Assembly (NCBI GenBank): GCA_963817895.1
Contig: CAWFQB010000006.1
Span: 370,511 to 434,510 of the forward strand
Reading direction: 5' to 3'
DNA from: an uncultured Chthonomonadaceae bacterium
GTDB lineage: Bacteria > Armatimonadota > Chthonomonadetes > Chthonomonadales > Chthonomonadaceae
DNA length: 64,000 bases
Position 1 is the stretch's first letter. Every line of letters starts with the position of its first letter. Below are positions 1 to 8,500 of the stretch, piece after piece. The notes beneath the pieces are model-generated. The model worked only from the letters and a program-made list of their open reading frames with translations, searched no databases and had not been told where the DNA came from. The position numbers and the translations under genes were made by a program.

Positions 1-1269
1 ACTGGTTCAGCCCACGTACGATCTGGGCGAAATTCCTCGCGTATGGCGATGAAGACCCTGCCCACGATGTATGCGGTTGGAGGCGCGGGAACATGGAAAA
101 CCGTGCGCGATGCGTGGAAAATGCTGGTGCAGCCGTCCGGCGTGATAGAAACGGAAGCGCCACAACCCGAACGTGTCTTGCAGGTGAAAATTACGCCTGA
201 TTTGCTCACGGAAATAGAGCAAACAGTGAATGTAACCGTGACCAACAATCGCGAAGCCGGTTTGAGCGGAACCTTGCGATTGACGGGTACGGTTCATTGC
301 GAACCTGAAGAAATCGCGCTGAACGATGTAAACCGGGATCGGCCTATGGTGGCTTCCGTTAAAGTTGGTTTGTCGAACATACCGGGGGCGCGGCTGATAA
401 CGGCGCAGATTGACGCGGTTCCCGTGCCGCAAACGCGCGTGATTGGCGTGGCGAACCTGGGACGGGGCAGTCTGGTTCGCGTGTCGCAGCCGGATGCCGC
501 GCATATTGACGTACATAACGGGCATCTGAGTTTTCGGGTCGCGCCCGCGTATGCGGGCGCAATAGTCAGCCTGGAACGGTTGGGCGTCAACCATTTACGC
601 TCGTCTTACCCCACTCCCCAACCCCTCCTGTGGGTGAATCCCTGGTATGGCGGCCTGCATCCGTATATCGGCTGGATAGGCTACCCGCGTTTGACGCGTG
701 AAACATTCACGGGCGAACCCATAGCGCGAACGGGAGAAACGGGACTGGCGTGGCAGGGAGCGCGAGTGGTCTGCGAACCCAAACACAAAGACCTGACATG
801 GCTGCGCGTGGAAGCCGAGTACCTGACATGCGGCGGCAGCAATGTGGTCGCCCTTGTCACGCGCTGGACAAACAAGACCACTGCAACGATGCAGGTTCCG
901 GGTAACGGCGGCATCGGGGCGTGGCTGCAAGTGGGCGGCACACATGAAAACGCCGTCGTACACGCGGACATCAGCGGCGAACGGCAGATACGGCGGCGCG
1001 GCGGCTTCGGCTTGAATACCTATCAGGGCGCGTGGAAAGCGGTGGAAAACGGCCAATCCGGGCAAACGCTTCTCATGGTAACGACCGGGAACAGCAAAGC
1101 GGCAGTACACGATTTCGCAGGCGAGGGGGCGCACCTGAGCGCGGAATTCGCCCTGACCCTACAGCCCAACGAAACGCGGGAGCATCTGGCATGGCTCGTC
1201 CTGATGCAGAATACATACGAATTGGATGCGTATGTTGCCGCCTTATCTCTGCACAAGAGGCTGCCGTAG
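1..1269 (+). CDS. Hypothetical protein, C-terminal part (5'-truncated by window edge); beta-rich, possibly the tail of a large GNAT-fused protein
   Basis: Frame is open from base 1 to the stop at 1269 (408 aa from the first ATG at 43). Contains a SSYPxPxP..WxNPWYGG motif. Family assignment is from memory only. Confidence 0.6.
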   Translation, partial: TGSAHVRSGRNSSRMAMKTLPTMYAVGGAGTWKTVRDAWKMLVQPSGVIETEAPQPERVLQVKITPDLLTEIEQTVNVTVTNNREAGLSGTLRLTGTVHCEPEEIALNDVNRDRPMVASVKVGLSNIPGARLITAQIDAVPVPQTRVIGVANLGRGSLVRVSQPDAAHIDVHNGHLSFRVAPAYAGAIVSLERLGVNHLRSSYPTPQPLLWVNPWYGGLHPYIGWIGYPRLTRETFTGEPIARTGETGLAWQGARVVCEPKHKDLTWLRVEAEYLTCGGSNVVALVTRWTNKTTATMQVPGNGGIGAWLQVGGTHENAVVHADISGERQIRRRGGFGLNTYQGAWKAVENGQSGQTLLMVTTGNSKAAVHDFAGEGAHLSAEFALTLQPNETREHLAWLVLMQNTYELDAYVAALSLHKRLP

Positions 1270-1327
1270 GGTGTTGGCGCTGTTTATTCCTTAACGGAAC
1301 CCCCTGTCCTCGCTTCAAAACATCACA

Positions 1328-1517
1328 GTAGGGGCGCTGCTTGCTGCGCCCTCTATCACTCTTCCGTTGCGCTTTGCTGCGCCCTCTATCACTCTTCCGT
1401 TGCGGTTTGCTGCACCGTGTGACATTCTACTGTTGCTGCTTGCTGCGCCCTCTATCACTCTTCCGTTGCGGCTTGTTACGCTCGTTGGCAGCAGGGCGCA
1501 GCAAGCAGCGCCCCTAC
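1328..1517. repeat. GTAG-type REP doublet enclosing four tandem 33-bp units
   Basis: Perfect 25-bp inverted repeat GTAGGGGCGCTGCTTGCTGCGCCCT at 1328-1352 and 1493-1517. Units TTGCTGCGCCCTCTATCACTCTTCCGTTGCGnn start at 1341, 1374, 1407 (degenerate) and 1440. Confidence 0.9.
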
Positions 1518-1522
1518 TCTGA

Positions 1523-2182
1523 TTACGTGACTTCGACGATGCCAAGCGGTATCATCGTTGTCATTTGCCCGGTGTTGCTGTTGACGAAGCGGCAGGCGCA
1601 GGCGTACCAGCCGGGGGCAGTGGGCAGGGCATGGGTGAGGAGAGTGGACGTGAACGCGACGAACGCGGCGGATTTATAAAAAGGGACGGGCGAACGGCGG
1701 GGCGTTTTTAGTTTCTGGACGAGCAGTTCTACGCGGGTATCAGGCGAATTGGCCGCGCTTGCCGTAAAGAGGAGTTGGCCGGTTTCGCCGGTTAAAATGA
1801 GGGTTACGAGATCGCCAAAGTAGGGGGATATGGGCGGCGCGGGGGGTACGGTTCCGGTCGGATTGATCTGTAAGAACTTGGACGCGAGGCCGACAAAGAC
1901 GTTCTGCCCGGTGGGATGATAGGGCGCGTTGTCCGGGTCCCCGGAGCGCGTGAGCGTACTGGCATAGGCGTTCCACTGCATCGCCTGTTCGCGTGTCAGC
2001 GTGTTGTATGAAGCCATAACCTGCGCCATGCGGTTCTGAATCGTCTGCTGAATGGGCTGCGTGGGGCGTTTGTAGGTGGGACGCCCGCGCAGCACAAGGC
2101 CGTTCCGCCCTTCAACCGCAACCTCATTGCCAATTTTACCCCGTACCTGCGTTAGTAAGGGGCCGGGTGTCGCTTTTGCCAT
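1523..2182 (-). CDS. Uncharacterised 219-aa protein, paralogue of 10837..11499 (DUF6266-like N-terminus suspected)
   Basis: ORF with GGAG RBS. Colinear with the 220-aa ORF, sharing MAK..RGKxGN.V...RNG, VFVGLAxKFLQINPTGTVP and RFVNxxTGQ. Confidence 0.85.
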   Translation of the reverse strand: MAKATPGPLLTQVRGKIGNEVAVEGRNGLVLRGRPTYKRPTQPIQQTIQNRMAQVMASYNTLTREQAMQWNAYASTLTRSGDPDNAPYHPTGQNVFVGLASKFLQINPTGTVPPAPPISPYFGDLVTLILTGETGQLLFTASAANSPDTRVELLVQKLKTPRRSPVPFYKSAAFVAFTSTLLTHALPTAPGWYACACRFVNSNTGQMTTMIPLGIVEVT

Positions 2183-2262
2183 GTCGTAATTCTCCGGTAA
2201 ATGTCAGGCTGAAAGGCTGTGTTACGGGGAATTATGGCGAAATGCGCGGGCGACTTTAGGAT

Positions 2263-2383
2263 TGAAAACCGGTTTCACTCCGATTAACCGCCCACTCAAC
2301 GCCGTATCAACTCCCTATTAAACGTGTGTTAAACAGGGAGTTCACAGGGAAATGAATGGGTGGTGAATGGGTGTGACGGGAGG
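2263..2383. repeat. 11-bp-periodic degenerate tandem array arranged as an imperfect palindrome
   Basis: Consecutive 11-mers from 2274: TTCACTCCGAT, TAACCGCCCAC, TCAACGCCGTA, TCAACTCCCTA, TTAAACGTGTG, TTAAACAGGGA, GTTCACAGGGA, AATGAATGGGT, GGTGAATGGGT. Core inverted repeat at 2309-2323 / 2328-2342. Confidence 0.75.
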
Positions 2384-2391
2384 TTCGGGAT

Positions 2392-3093
2392 TTAGCGCGG
2401 GGAGCGACGACGTAGCCGCCGCGTCAGGAAACCGGCTGCCGTCAGGCCGCCCGCGAACACAAGCGCCACGCTGCCGGGTTCGGGCACGGCAGCCACGTTG
2501 AGGCGCACCGTGTTGATGGCGATGTTACCGAGAGATCCGGGCGGATTGACGAGGCCGAAGGTAATGCTGGCAATGTTGGGCGTAGTGTCCAGAATGCCGA
2601 TGAAGATGGCCGAACCGTCGTTGTTGTTGTTGGATACACCATTTTCCGTCACAACGCCCAGGCTGTTGCCATTCGCGTCAAAGGCTTCTAAGGAGGCCGT
2701 GAAAGCGCCTAACCTATCTTGCTGAATGTTTGCGCCCGCGCCCATAAGCGGCGCAGTAAACGTCAGGGTGATCGGGAAGTAGTTGAGCCGATTGGTGGAA
2801 ACCACATGGTCACCGGGCGTGAAGTTACCGCGAAAACCGCTGCCCTGATCCACACGGATGAATCCGGTTGAATCGGTTGTGCTGAGGGAAGCGGACAGGC
2901 CGTTGGTCGAAGTGACGGCGGCGGGGGTGGGAAAGGCTGTGCCATCGGGGCCAAGCTGTCCGAAGTCAATGGTGTCGTTGACGCCGAGGGCGGCGGGCGC
3001 GGTGACAAGAACCTGCGCGCGAACGGGCGTGGCAAGCGCGAGGGCGGCCAGGCCGAGCAGACCGGGCAGAAGCAAAGCAGAGTGGCGGTTCAT
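2392..3093 (-). CDS. PEP-CTERM sorting-domain protein
   Basis: Signal peptide MNRHSALLLPGLLGLAALALATPVRA. C-terminal VPEPGS followed by a TM helix and RRLRRR. AAAGGA RBS upstream of ATG 3093. Confidence 0.9.
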   Translation of the reverse strand: MNRHSALLLPGLLGLAALALATPVRAQVLVTAPAALGVNDTIDFGQLGPDGTAFPTPAAVTSTNGLSASLSTTDSTGFIRVDQGSGFRGNFTPGDHVVSTNRLNYFPITLTFTAPLMGAGANIQQDRLGAFTASLEAFDANGNSLGVVTENGVSNNNNDGSAIFIGILDTTPNIASITFGLVNPPGSLGNIAINTVRLNVAAVPEPGSVALVFAGGLTAAGFLTRRLRRRSPR

Positions 3094-3312
3094 AAGAGCA
3101 AACATTCCTTTCATCAGGAGAATCGCACGGGAAGGGAAACGCTCTTGCGGCGCGTTCGCCACAAGGGACGCATCGGCGCAGCCGCAGGCGTTTGGGGCGG
3201 GCGAAGGCTTCTACGTATTACTATTGCAAGAATCGTGCCAAATCATGCGAAAGGGAGGCGAACGGAGCAAAAACGCGCAAAAGCCTGTCTTTTTGCGAGG
3301 TGGGAGCCTGGA

Positions 3313-3502
3313 CCCTCATCCGTCGGGGGCCACGCTTCTCCCTTTCAGGGCGAAGGCAAGTATGGTAGTTGAGTGCGTAGATAAGGAGGTACGGAGTGAA
3401 CATAGAAAAAGCGCGCGTCATTCCAGGCTTTCATCAACGCGCCCGATGAGCAATTTAGCCTTCGCCCTTGCAGGGAGAAGGTGGCCGGAGGCCGGATGAG
3501 GG
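3313..3502. repeat. REP-like doublet (CCCTCATCCGGCC...CTTCTCCC...GGGAGAAGG family), degenerate left arm
   Basis: Arms at 3313-3357 and 3458-3502 in inverted orientation. Confidence 0.85.
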
Positions 3503-3508
3503 TAGAGC

Positions 3509-4204
3509 CTACCGTTTTGCCCGCAGCAGCGTCTCAATGTCGGAACGGCGGTACCATTGCGCAAGTATGAGGGGAGTCCTGTCATACTGATTACGCGCAT
3601 ACGGGTCGGCTCCATACGCCAAGAGCAGACGTACAATTTCTCTATCGGAGCCAATCCTGGCGGCGTAATGCAAGGCTGTACTTCCTTCTCTATCCGTCGG
3701 CGTTACGCTTGCGCCATGCTCCAGAAGAAAGCGCGTGGTATGCGGATGCTTGTTGAGGATGGCATAGAACAGAGCCGTATATTTGTCTTCGCTTATTGCT
3801 TCTATATCCGCGCCATGGGCAATCATCGCCTGCACGAGCGGCACATCGTCCGGGGACAGAGAAAGCGTTAGGTGCTGTGTTAGTTCCTGGAAACTCACAC
3901 CTCCGCAGGCAAGTTGAAGCGCGGTAGGACTGTCATTAGCAACAGGTCGCGAGCGGCGCAGGAGTTGGCGGAACAGTTGCGGGAGAGTGGGAGGCGGCGA
4001 CGCTTCCCGACGAGTGTTCGGGTCGGCTCCAGCATTGACGAGTGCGAGCGCGGCTTTGCTGTCGTGGTGGGCAAGGGCGGCAATCAGTTGCCGATTAAGC
4101 GCGTACTGCCGTTTCGCCTGCCACACCCAAACGCCGCTCGCGCCGACAACCGCCAGAACGAGTATCAACAACAGCAGTAACGAACGTCGCGCTTTCTTCA
4201 TCAT
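3509..4204 (-). CDS. Membrane-anchored ankyrin repeat protein (paralogue 1)
   Basis: N-terminal TM helix. Ankyrin motifs AGADPNT, TALFYA, GSTALHYAA, GADPY. GGAGG RBS. Confidence 0.9.
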   Translation of the reverse strand: MMKKARRSLLLLLILVLAVVGASGVWVWQAKRQYALNRQLIAALAHHDSKAALALVNAGADPNTRREASPPPTLPQLFRQLLRRSRPVANDSPTALQLACGGVSFQELTQHLTLSLSPDDVPLVQAMIAHGADIEAISEDKYTALFYAILNKHPHTTRFLLEHGASVTPTDREGSTALHYAARIGSDREIVRLLLAYGADPYARNQYDRTPLILAQWYRRSDIETLLRAKR

Positions 4205-4258
4205 CGGTTCCTCCACACGTATTGTACCCGCAGTTTCATGTGGAAACCGGGGATTGGA

Positions 4259-4448
4259 CCCTCATCCGGCCTCCGGCCACCTTCTCCCTGCAAGGGAGAA
4301 GGCGAATGTGGCAGTCTGGCGCGAGGAATAGGGGATTGCTTTGTGCGCAGCACCGCCGTACTTACAGCCCAAGTCTCCGTCCAACCGGGCATTGAACAAT
4401 TTCGCCTTCGCCCTTGCAGGGAGAAGGTGGCCGGAGGCCGGATGAGGG
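4259..4448. repeat. REP-like doublet, 190 bp
   Basis: Inverted arms CCCTCATCCGGCCTCCGGCCACCTTCTCCCTGCAAGGGAGAAGGCGAA. Nearly identical to 5293-5482 including the spacer. Confidence 0.95.
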
Positions 4449-4454
4449 TAGAGT

Positions 4455-5246
4455 CTACCGTTTCCCCCGCAGCAGGCGCACAAGGTCGGAACGCTGTTCC
4501 TTTTGCGCAAGTGTGAGAGGGCTTTCACCATCCTTGTTACGCGCATTGGGGTCGGCTCCATGCGCCAGAAGCATACCGATAATACGAGGATCGGCGTCAT
4601 CAGCTATCGCGCAATACAAGGCTGTGTTTCCTGGCCCATCCGCCATATCAACATTTGCGCCATGCTCCAGAAGGCAATGCATGGTGTCCACATCACAGCC
4701 CGCAACAGCAAACATCAGCGGCGTTTCGCCGTATGGTTCAGGCGCATTGACGTTCGCGCCAGACGCCAGCAGTAATTGCGCGATATGTGGATGCTTCCAC
4801 CGAACGGCATAGAACAGTGCCGTTCGTCCGTCCTCATCTGTTGCCTGAACATCCCCGCCATGAACCAGCATCGCCTGCACAAATGTCGCATCGTCCGGGG
4901 AATGGTAATCCGTTATGTCCTCTGGCGTCCACTCCGTAGGTACGCCTCCGCAGGCGATGTGAAACGCAGTGGTACTGTCATTGACAACGGGCGGCGAGCG
5001 GCGCAGGAGTTGGCACAACAGTTGCGGGAGGGTGGGAGGAGGCGAGGCTTCCTGACGAGTGTTCGGGTCGGCTCCGGCATTGACGAGAGCTAGCGCGGCC
5101 TTGTTGTCGTGGCGGACAAGGGCATCAATGAACTGTCGGTTGCGGGTGTATTGTCGTTTCGCCTGCCATATGCACAACCCTCCCGCGCCGACAACGGCCA
5201 GCACGATTACCAACAACAGCAGTAACGAACGTCGCGCTTTCTTCAT
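4455..5246 (-). CDS. Membrane-anchored ankyrin repeat protein (paralogue 2)
   Basis: True start MKKARRSLLLL at 5246, matching paralogue 1. Ankyrin motifs GRTALFYA, GETPLMFA, GNTALYCA, GESPL. Confidence 0.9.
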   Translation of the reverse strand: MKKARRSLLLLLVIVLAVVGAGGLCIWQAKRQYTRNRQFIDALVRHDNKAALALVNAGADPNTRQEASPPPTLPQLLCQLLRRSPPVVNDSTTAFHIACGGVPTEWTPEDITDYHSPDDATFVQAMLVHGGDVQATDEDGRTALFYAVRWKHPHIAQLLLASGANVNAPEPYGETPLMFAVAGCDVDTMHCLLEHGANVDMADGPGNTALYCAIADDADPRIIGMLLAHGADPNARNKDGESPLTLAQKEQRSDLVRLLRGKR

Positions 5247-5292
5247 TGTCGGTTCCTCTCCACGTATTGTACCTGCGAACCAGGAGTTTCTA

Positions 5293-5482
5293 CCCTCATC
5301 CGGCCTCCGGCCACCTTCTCCCTGCAAGGGAGAAGGCGAATGTGGCAGTCTGGCGCGAGGAATAGGGGATTGCTTTGTGCGCAGCACTGCGGTATTTACC
5401 GCCCAAGTCTCCGTCCAACCGGGCATTGAACAATTTCGCCTTCGCCCTTGCAGGGAGAAGGTGGCCGGAGGCCGGATGAGGG
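5293..5482. repeat. REP-like doublet, 190 bp
   Basis: Near-identical copy of 4259-4448. Confidence 0.95.
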
Positions 5483-5565
5483 TCCAATCTTTCGTCCGCA
5501 CCCTCCCGCAACCGTCACAATGCACACAAGGGAAAAAGAGAACAGAACGGGTGTGCCATAAGAAC

Positions 5566-8500
5566 TCACCCGGACGCCGCAGCAGAAGCCGAAGCCTCCA
5601 CATACGCGCAAACCGTCCACAACGCGTCCCATATTGCATCGGCCACAGAATGATACGGTGTAAATCCAGGCATAGTCTCGTTAATAGAAGCTCCCATTGC
5701 CTGAAACAAAAATTGTTGAACGCTAATGAAGTTGACCGCATCACACGAGGTAGAACGTCGTGTGAAAAGTTTCGTGAGTGATTCGGCGGCAGAAGCGCGC
5801 ACATTTTTGTCTTCATCCTTGCAGGCGTGGAGCAGGGCGCTGACCACTTCCCCGGAACTCTGTCCCGTCTGTCCCAGGGCTTGTACGGCAGAAGCGCGCA
5901 CATTTTTGTCTTCATCCTTGCAGGCGTGGAGCAGGGCGCTGACCACTTCCCCGGAACTCTGTCCCAACCGCCCCAGGGCTTGTACGGCATACCGGCGCAC
6001 ATTTTTGTCTTCATCCTTGCAGGCGTGGAGCAGGGCGCTGACCACTTCCCCGGAACTCTGTCCCAACCGCCCCAGGGCTTGTACGGCAGACCAGCGCACA
6101 TTGTTGTCTTCATCGTTGAGGGCGTGGAGCAGGGCGCTGACCACTTCCCCGGAACTCTGTCCCGTCTGTCCCAGGGCTTCTACGGCAGACCAGCGCACAT
6201 TGTTGTCTTCATCGTTGAGGGCGTGGAGCAGGGCGCTGACCACTTCCCCGGAACTCTGTCCCGTCTGTCCCAGGGCTTCTACGGCAGAAGCGCGCACATT
6301 TTTGTCTTCATCCTTGCAGGCGTGGAGCAGGGCGCTGACCACTTCCCCGGAACTCTGTCCCGTCTGTCCCAGGGCTTGTACGGCATACCGGCGCACATTG
6401 TTGTCTTCATCCTTGCAGGCGTGGAGCAGGGCGCTGACCACTTCCCCGGAACTCTGTCCCAACCGCCCCAGGGCTTGTACGGCAGAAGCGCGCACATTTT
6501 TGTCTTCATCCTTGCAGGCGTGGAGCAGGGCGCTGACCACTTCCCCGGAACTCTGTCCCAACCGCCCCAGGGCTTCTACGGCATACCGGCGCACATTGTT
6601 GTCTTCATCGTTGAGGGCGTGGAGCAGGGCGCTGACCACTTCCCCGGAACTCTGTCCCGTCTGTCCCAGGGCTTCTACGGCATACCGGCGCACATTGTTG
6701 TCTTCATCGTTGAGGGCGTGGAGCAGCAGTCGGGTTGTTTCCCTGCCTGCTTCCGTGTCGCCCAAATAGGCCATACGCGCCAGGAGGCGTTCGCGTAATG
6801 GCCGGTATTTGCCTGCGCCAGTCCTATCCATATACAGGGACACCAGTTTCCCCGCCACATCACGAATCAAACTCGTTTCGGCTCCGGCGCAGTCGCCCAG
6901 ACAGTGCGCGGCGAACAGCAAATCGCGGTGCAGCACATTCTCGTAAGCGCCTGGCTGAAACCCTTCCTCCTGCGCTTCTTCCCCTTGCGCAAGAATGGCC
7001 GAACGTATCAGGTCACTGGCATATTCCGGGCGGCTCTTGCTTTCATAGCCGATGGCAAGCAGTATTGGCTCCTCCCAACGGGGCTGATGCCGATGCTTAT
7101 AAATGGTTTTTGCAGTGGTCTTATAGCGCCGCAGCAGTTCGCGCCCGACATAATATTCCTCAAACGTCAGGTGCATGAAGCCAAAGTAGCCCGGCGCGCG
7201 TTCCACAAACAGGCCTGTATGCTCCCGAACGCGCCGCAAAAAGTCGTCAACCGCTTTCGTTACCTCTTCGCCGTCCGGTTCCTTGCCCCGCTGCTTTGCC
7301 AGCAGGTCGGCGAGATGCTCCTGCACGTCGCGCTTGCTCGCCATTCCCGTCGGCTTTGTCTCGTGCAGCCACAGGGCGAGGGGGCCGAGCAAGCGCAATG
7401 CCTCGTCTTCTTCCACGCACTGTACGCCCGGAATCCCCCGGTGCAGCTGCCAATCCCGCAGCAGGGTTTGCGTGGCGAGTTCGTACAACTCCACGCGACG
7501 ACGAGGCATGTGCGCGCCGTTGCGCTTGATAAGACACAGAATCGTCAGCAGGAGGGGATTGGTTGCCAGTCGGCGAACACCAAGATTGTCTTGCAGTGCG
7601 CGTTCCACGTCGGCCACTTCCACCGTCGCCCTATCCTGTACATCGCTTTCGGGAGCATCGGGCGTCAGATGGCGTTCGTAGGCGAGGCACCAGCGTTGCA
7701 GGAAGCGATGGATTTGCTCCGTCTCCATATCCTCTAGCGTGAACTCGGCAAACTCACTGCCAAGCGGCGCGATGCGATACCCGGCAATGCGGCTTGTCAC
7801 CAGAAAGCGGTTGCCCGGATTGGCGGATACAAATTCGTCAATGCGGGTGGCAATCTGCGCCCGGTCGCCGGGAGCAATGACTTCATCCAGGCCGTCCAGA
7901 AGCACAAATGCCCGTTTTGCGCGCAGGGCATCATCGAACAGCCTTTGCAGCTTCTCCGGCGCCATATTCAGTTCATCAAATGCGAGGGGCAGAAACCGGC
8001 GCAAACTCGTGGCGGGATGTTCCCTGAGATATTCGGCGTAGCGGGAAATGCGAACGAAAATCGGCAGGCAGGCTTCGCCATACTCCTCGTTTTCCGCATC
8101 CCGCACGATTGTTTCATTCTGCTGCACCGCCCGCGCGAAATGCAGTGCCAGAAAGCGCATCAGCGTAGTTTTGCCCGCGCCCGGATCGCCCAATACCACC
8201 ATACGCGCATTGGCCTTCACCGCTACGGGCAGTTCGACGCTTTCCGTCCGCTTCTCCTGCGCTTTCAGTTGAAACCGTTCTAACTCCCGCTGCTCCCATT
8301 CGTCAAACAATTCCGTCTCATAATCGCGCCCCGGCTTGTTAAAGCGGTCGCGCGTCCACGTTCGTTCCACCTGCCGTTCCGCTTTGAGCGACACGTATAC
8401 TTCGTCCAGTTTCAGCATCGCCGAGCGCGTCGTCTGCATCACGCCGCGCGGGTCCATGTACTCATTGCGCCGAAGGATGTAGTCGAGATAGAACGCGCTG

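Noticed and set aside
1341..1472. 33-bp repeats as a CRISPR array
   Set aside because: The units are directly tandem with no unique spacers, sit inside a REP doublet, and no cas genes are present.
3313..5482. Integron with attC sites
   Set aside because: No RYYYAAC/GTTRRRY boxes and no integrase. The repeats are a REP family also found at 36.3 and 62.3 kb.
4455..6113. 552-aa ORF as one protein
   Set aside because: The first ~290 aa are an off-frame reading of the HEAT repeats and the REP. The real start is at 5246, by paralogy and RBS.
5787..6726. 99-bp repeats as CRISPR or as a DGR template/variable pair
   Set aside because: They are in-frame protein repeats. Variation is block-wise rather than adenine-specific, and there is no reverse transcriptase in the window.
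5726..6798. Long plus-strand ORFs (347 and 323 aa) over the HEAT repeats, and similar antisense ORFs across the window
   Set aside because: These are shadow ORFs from repeated or high-GC coding sequence on the opposite strand, with no RBS or recognisable motifs.
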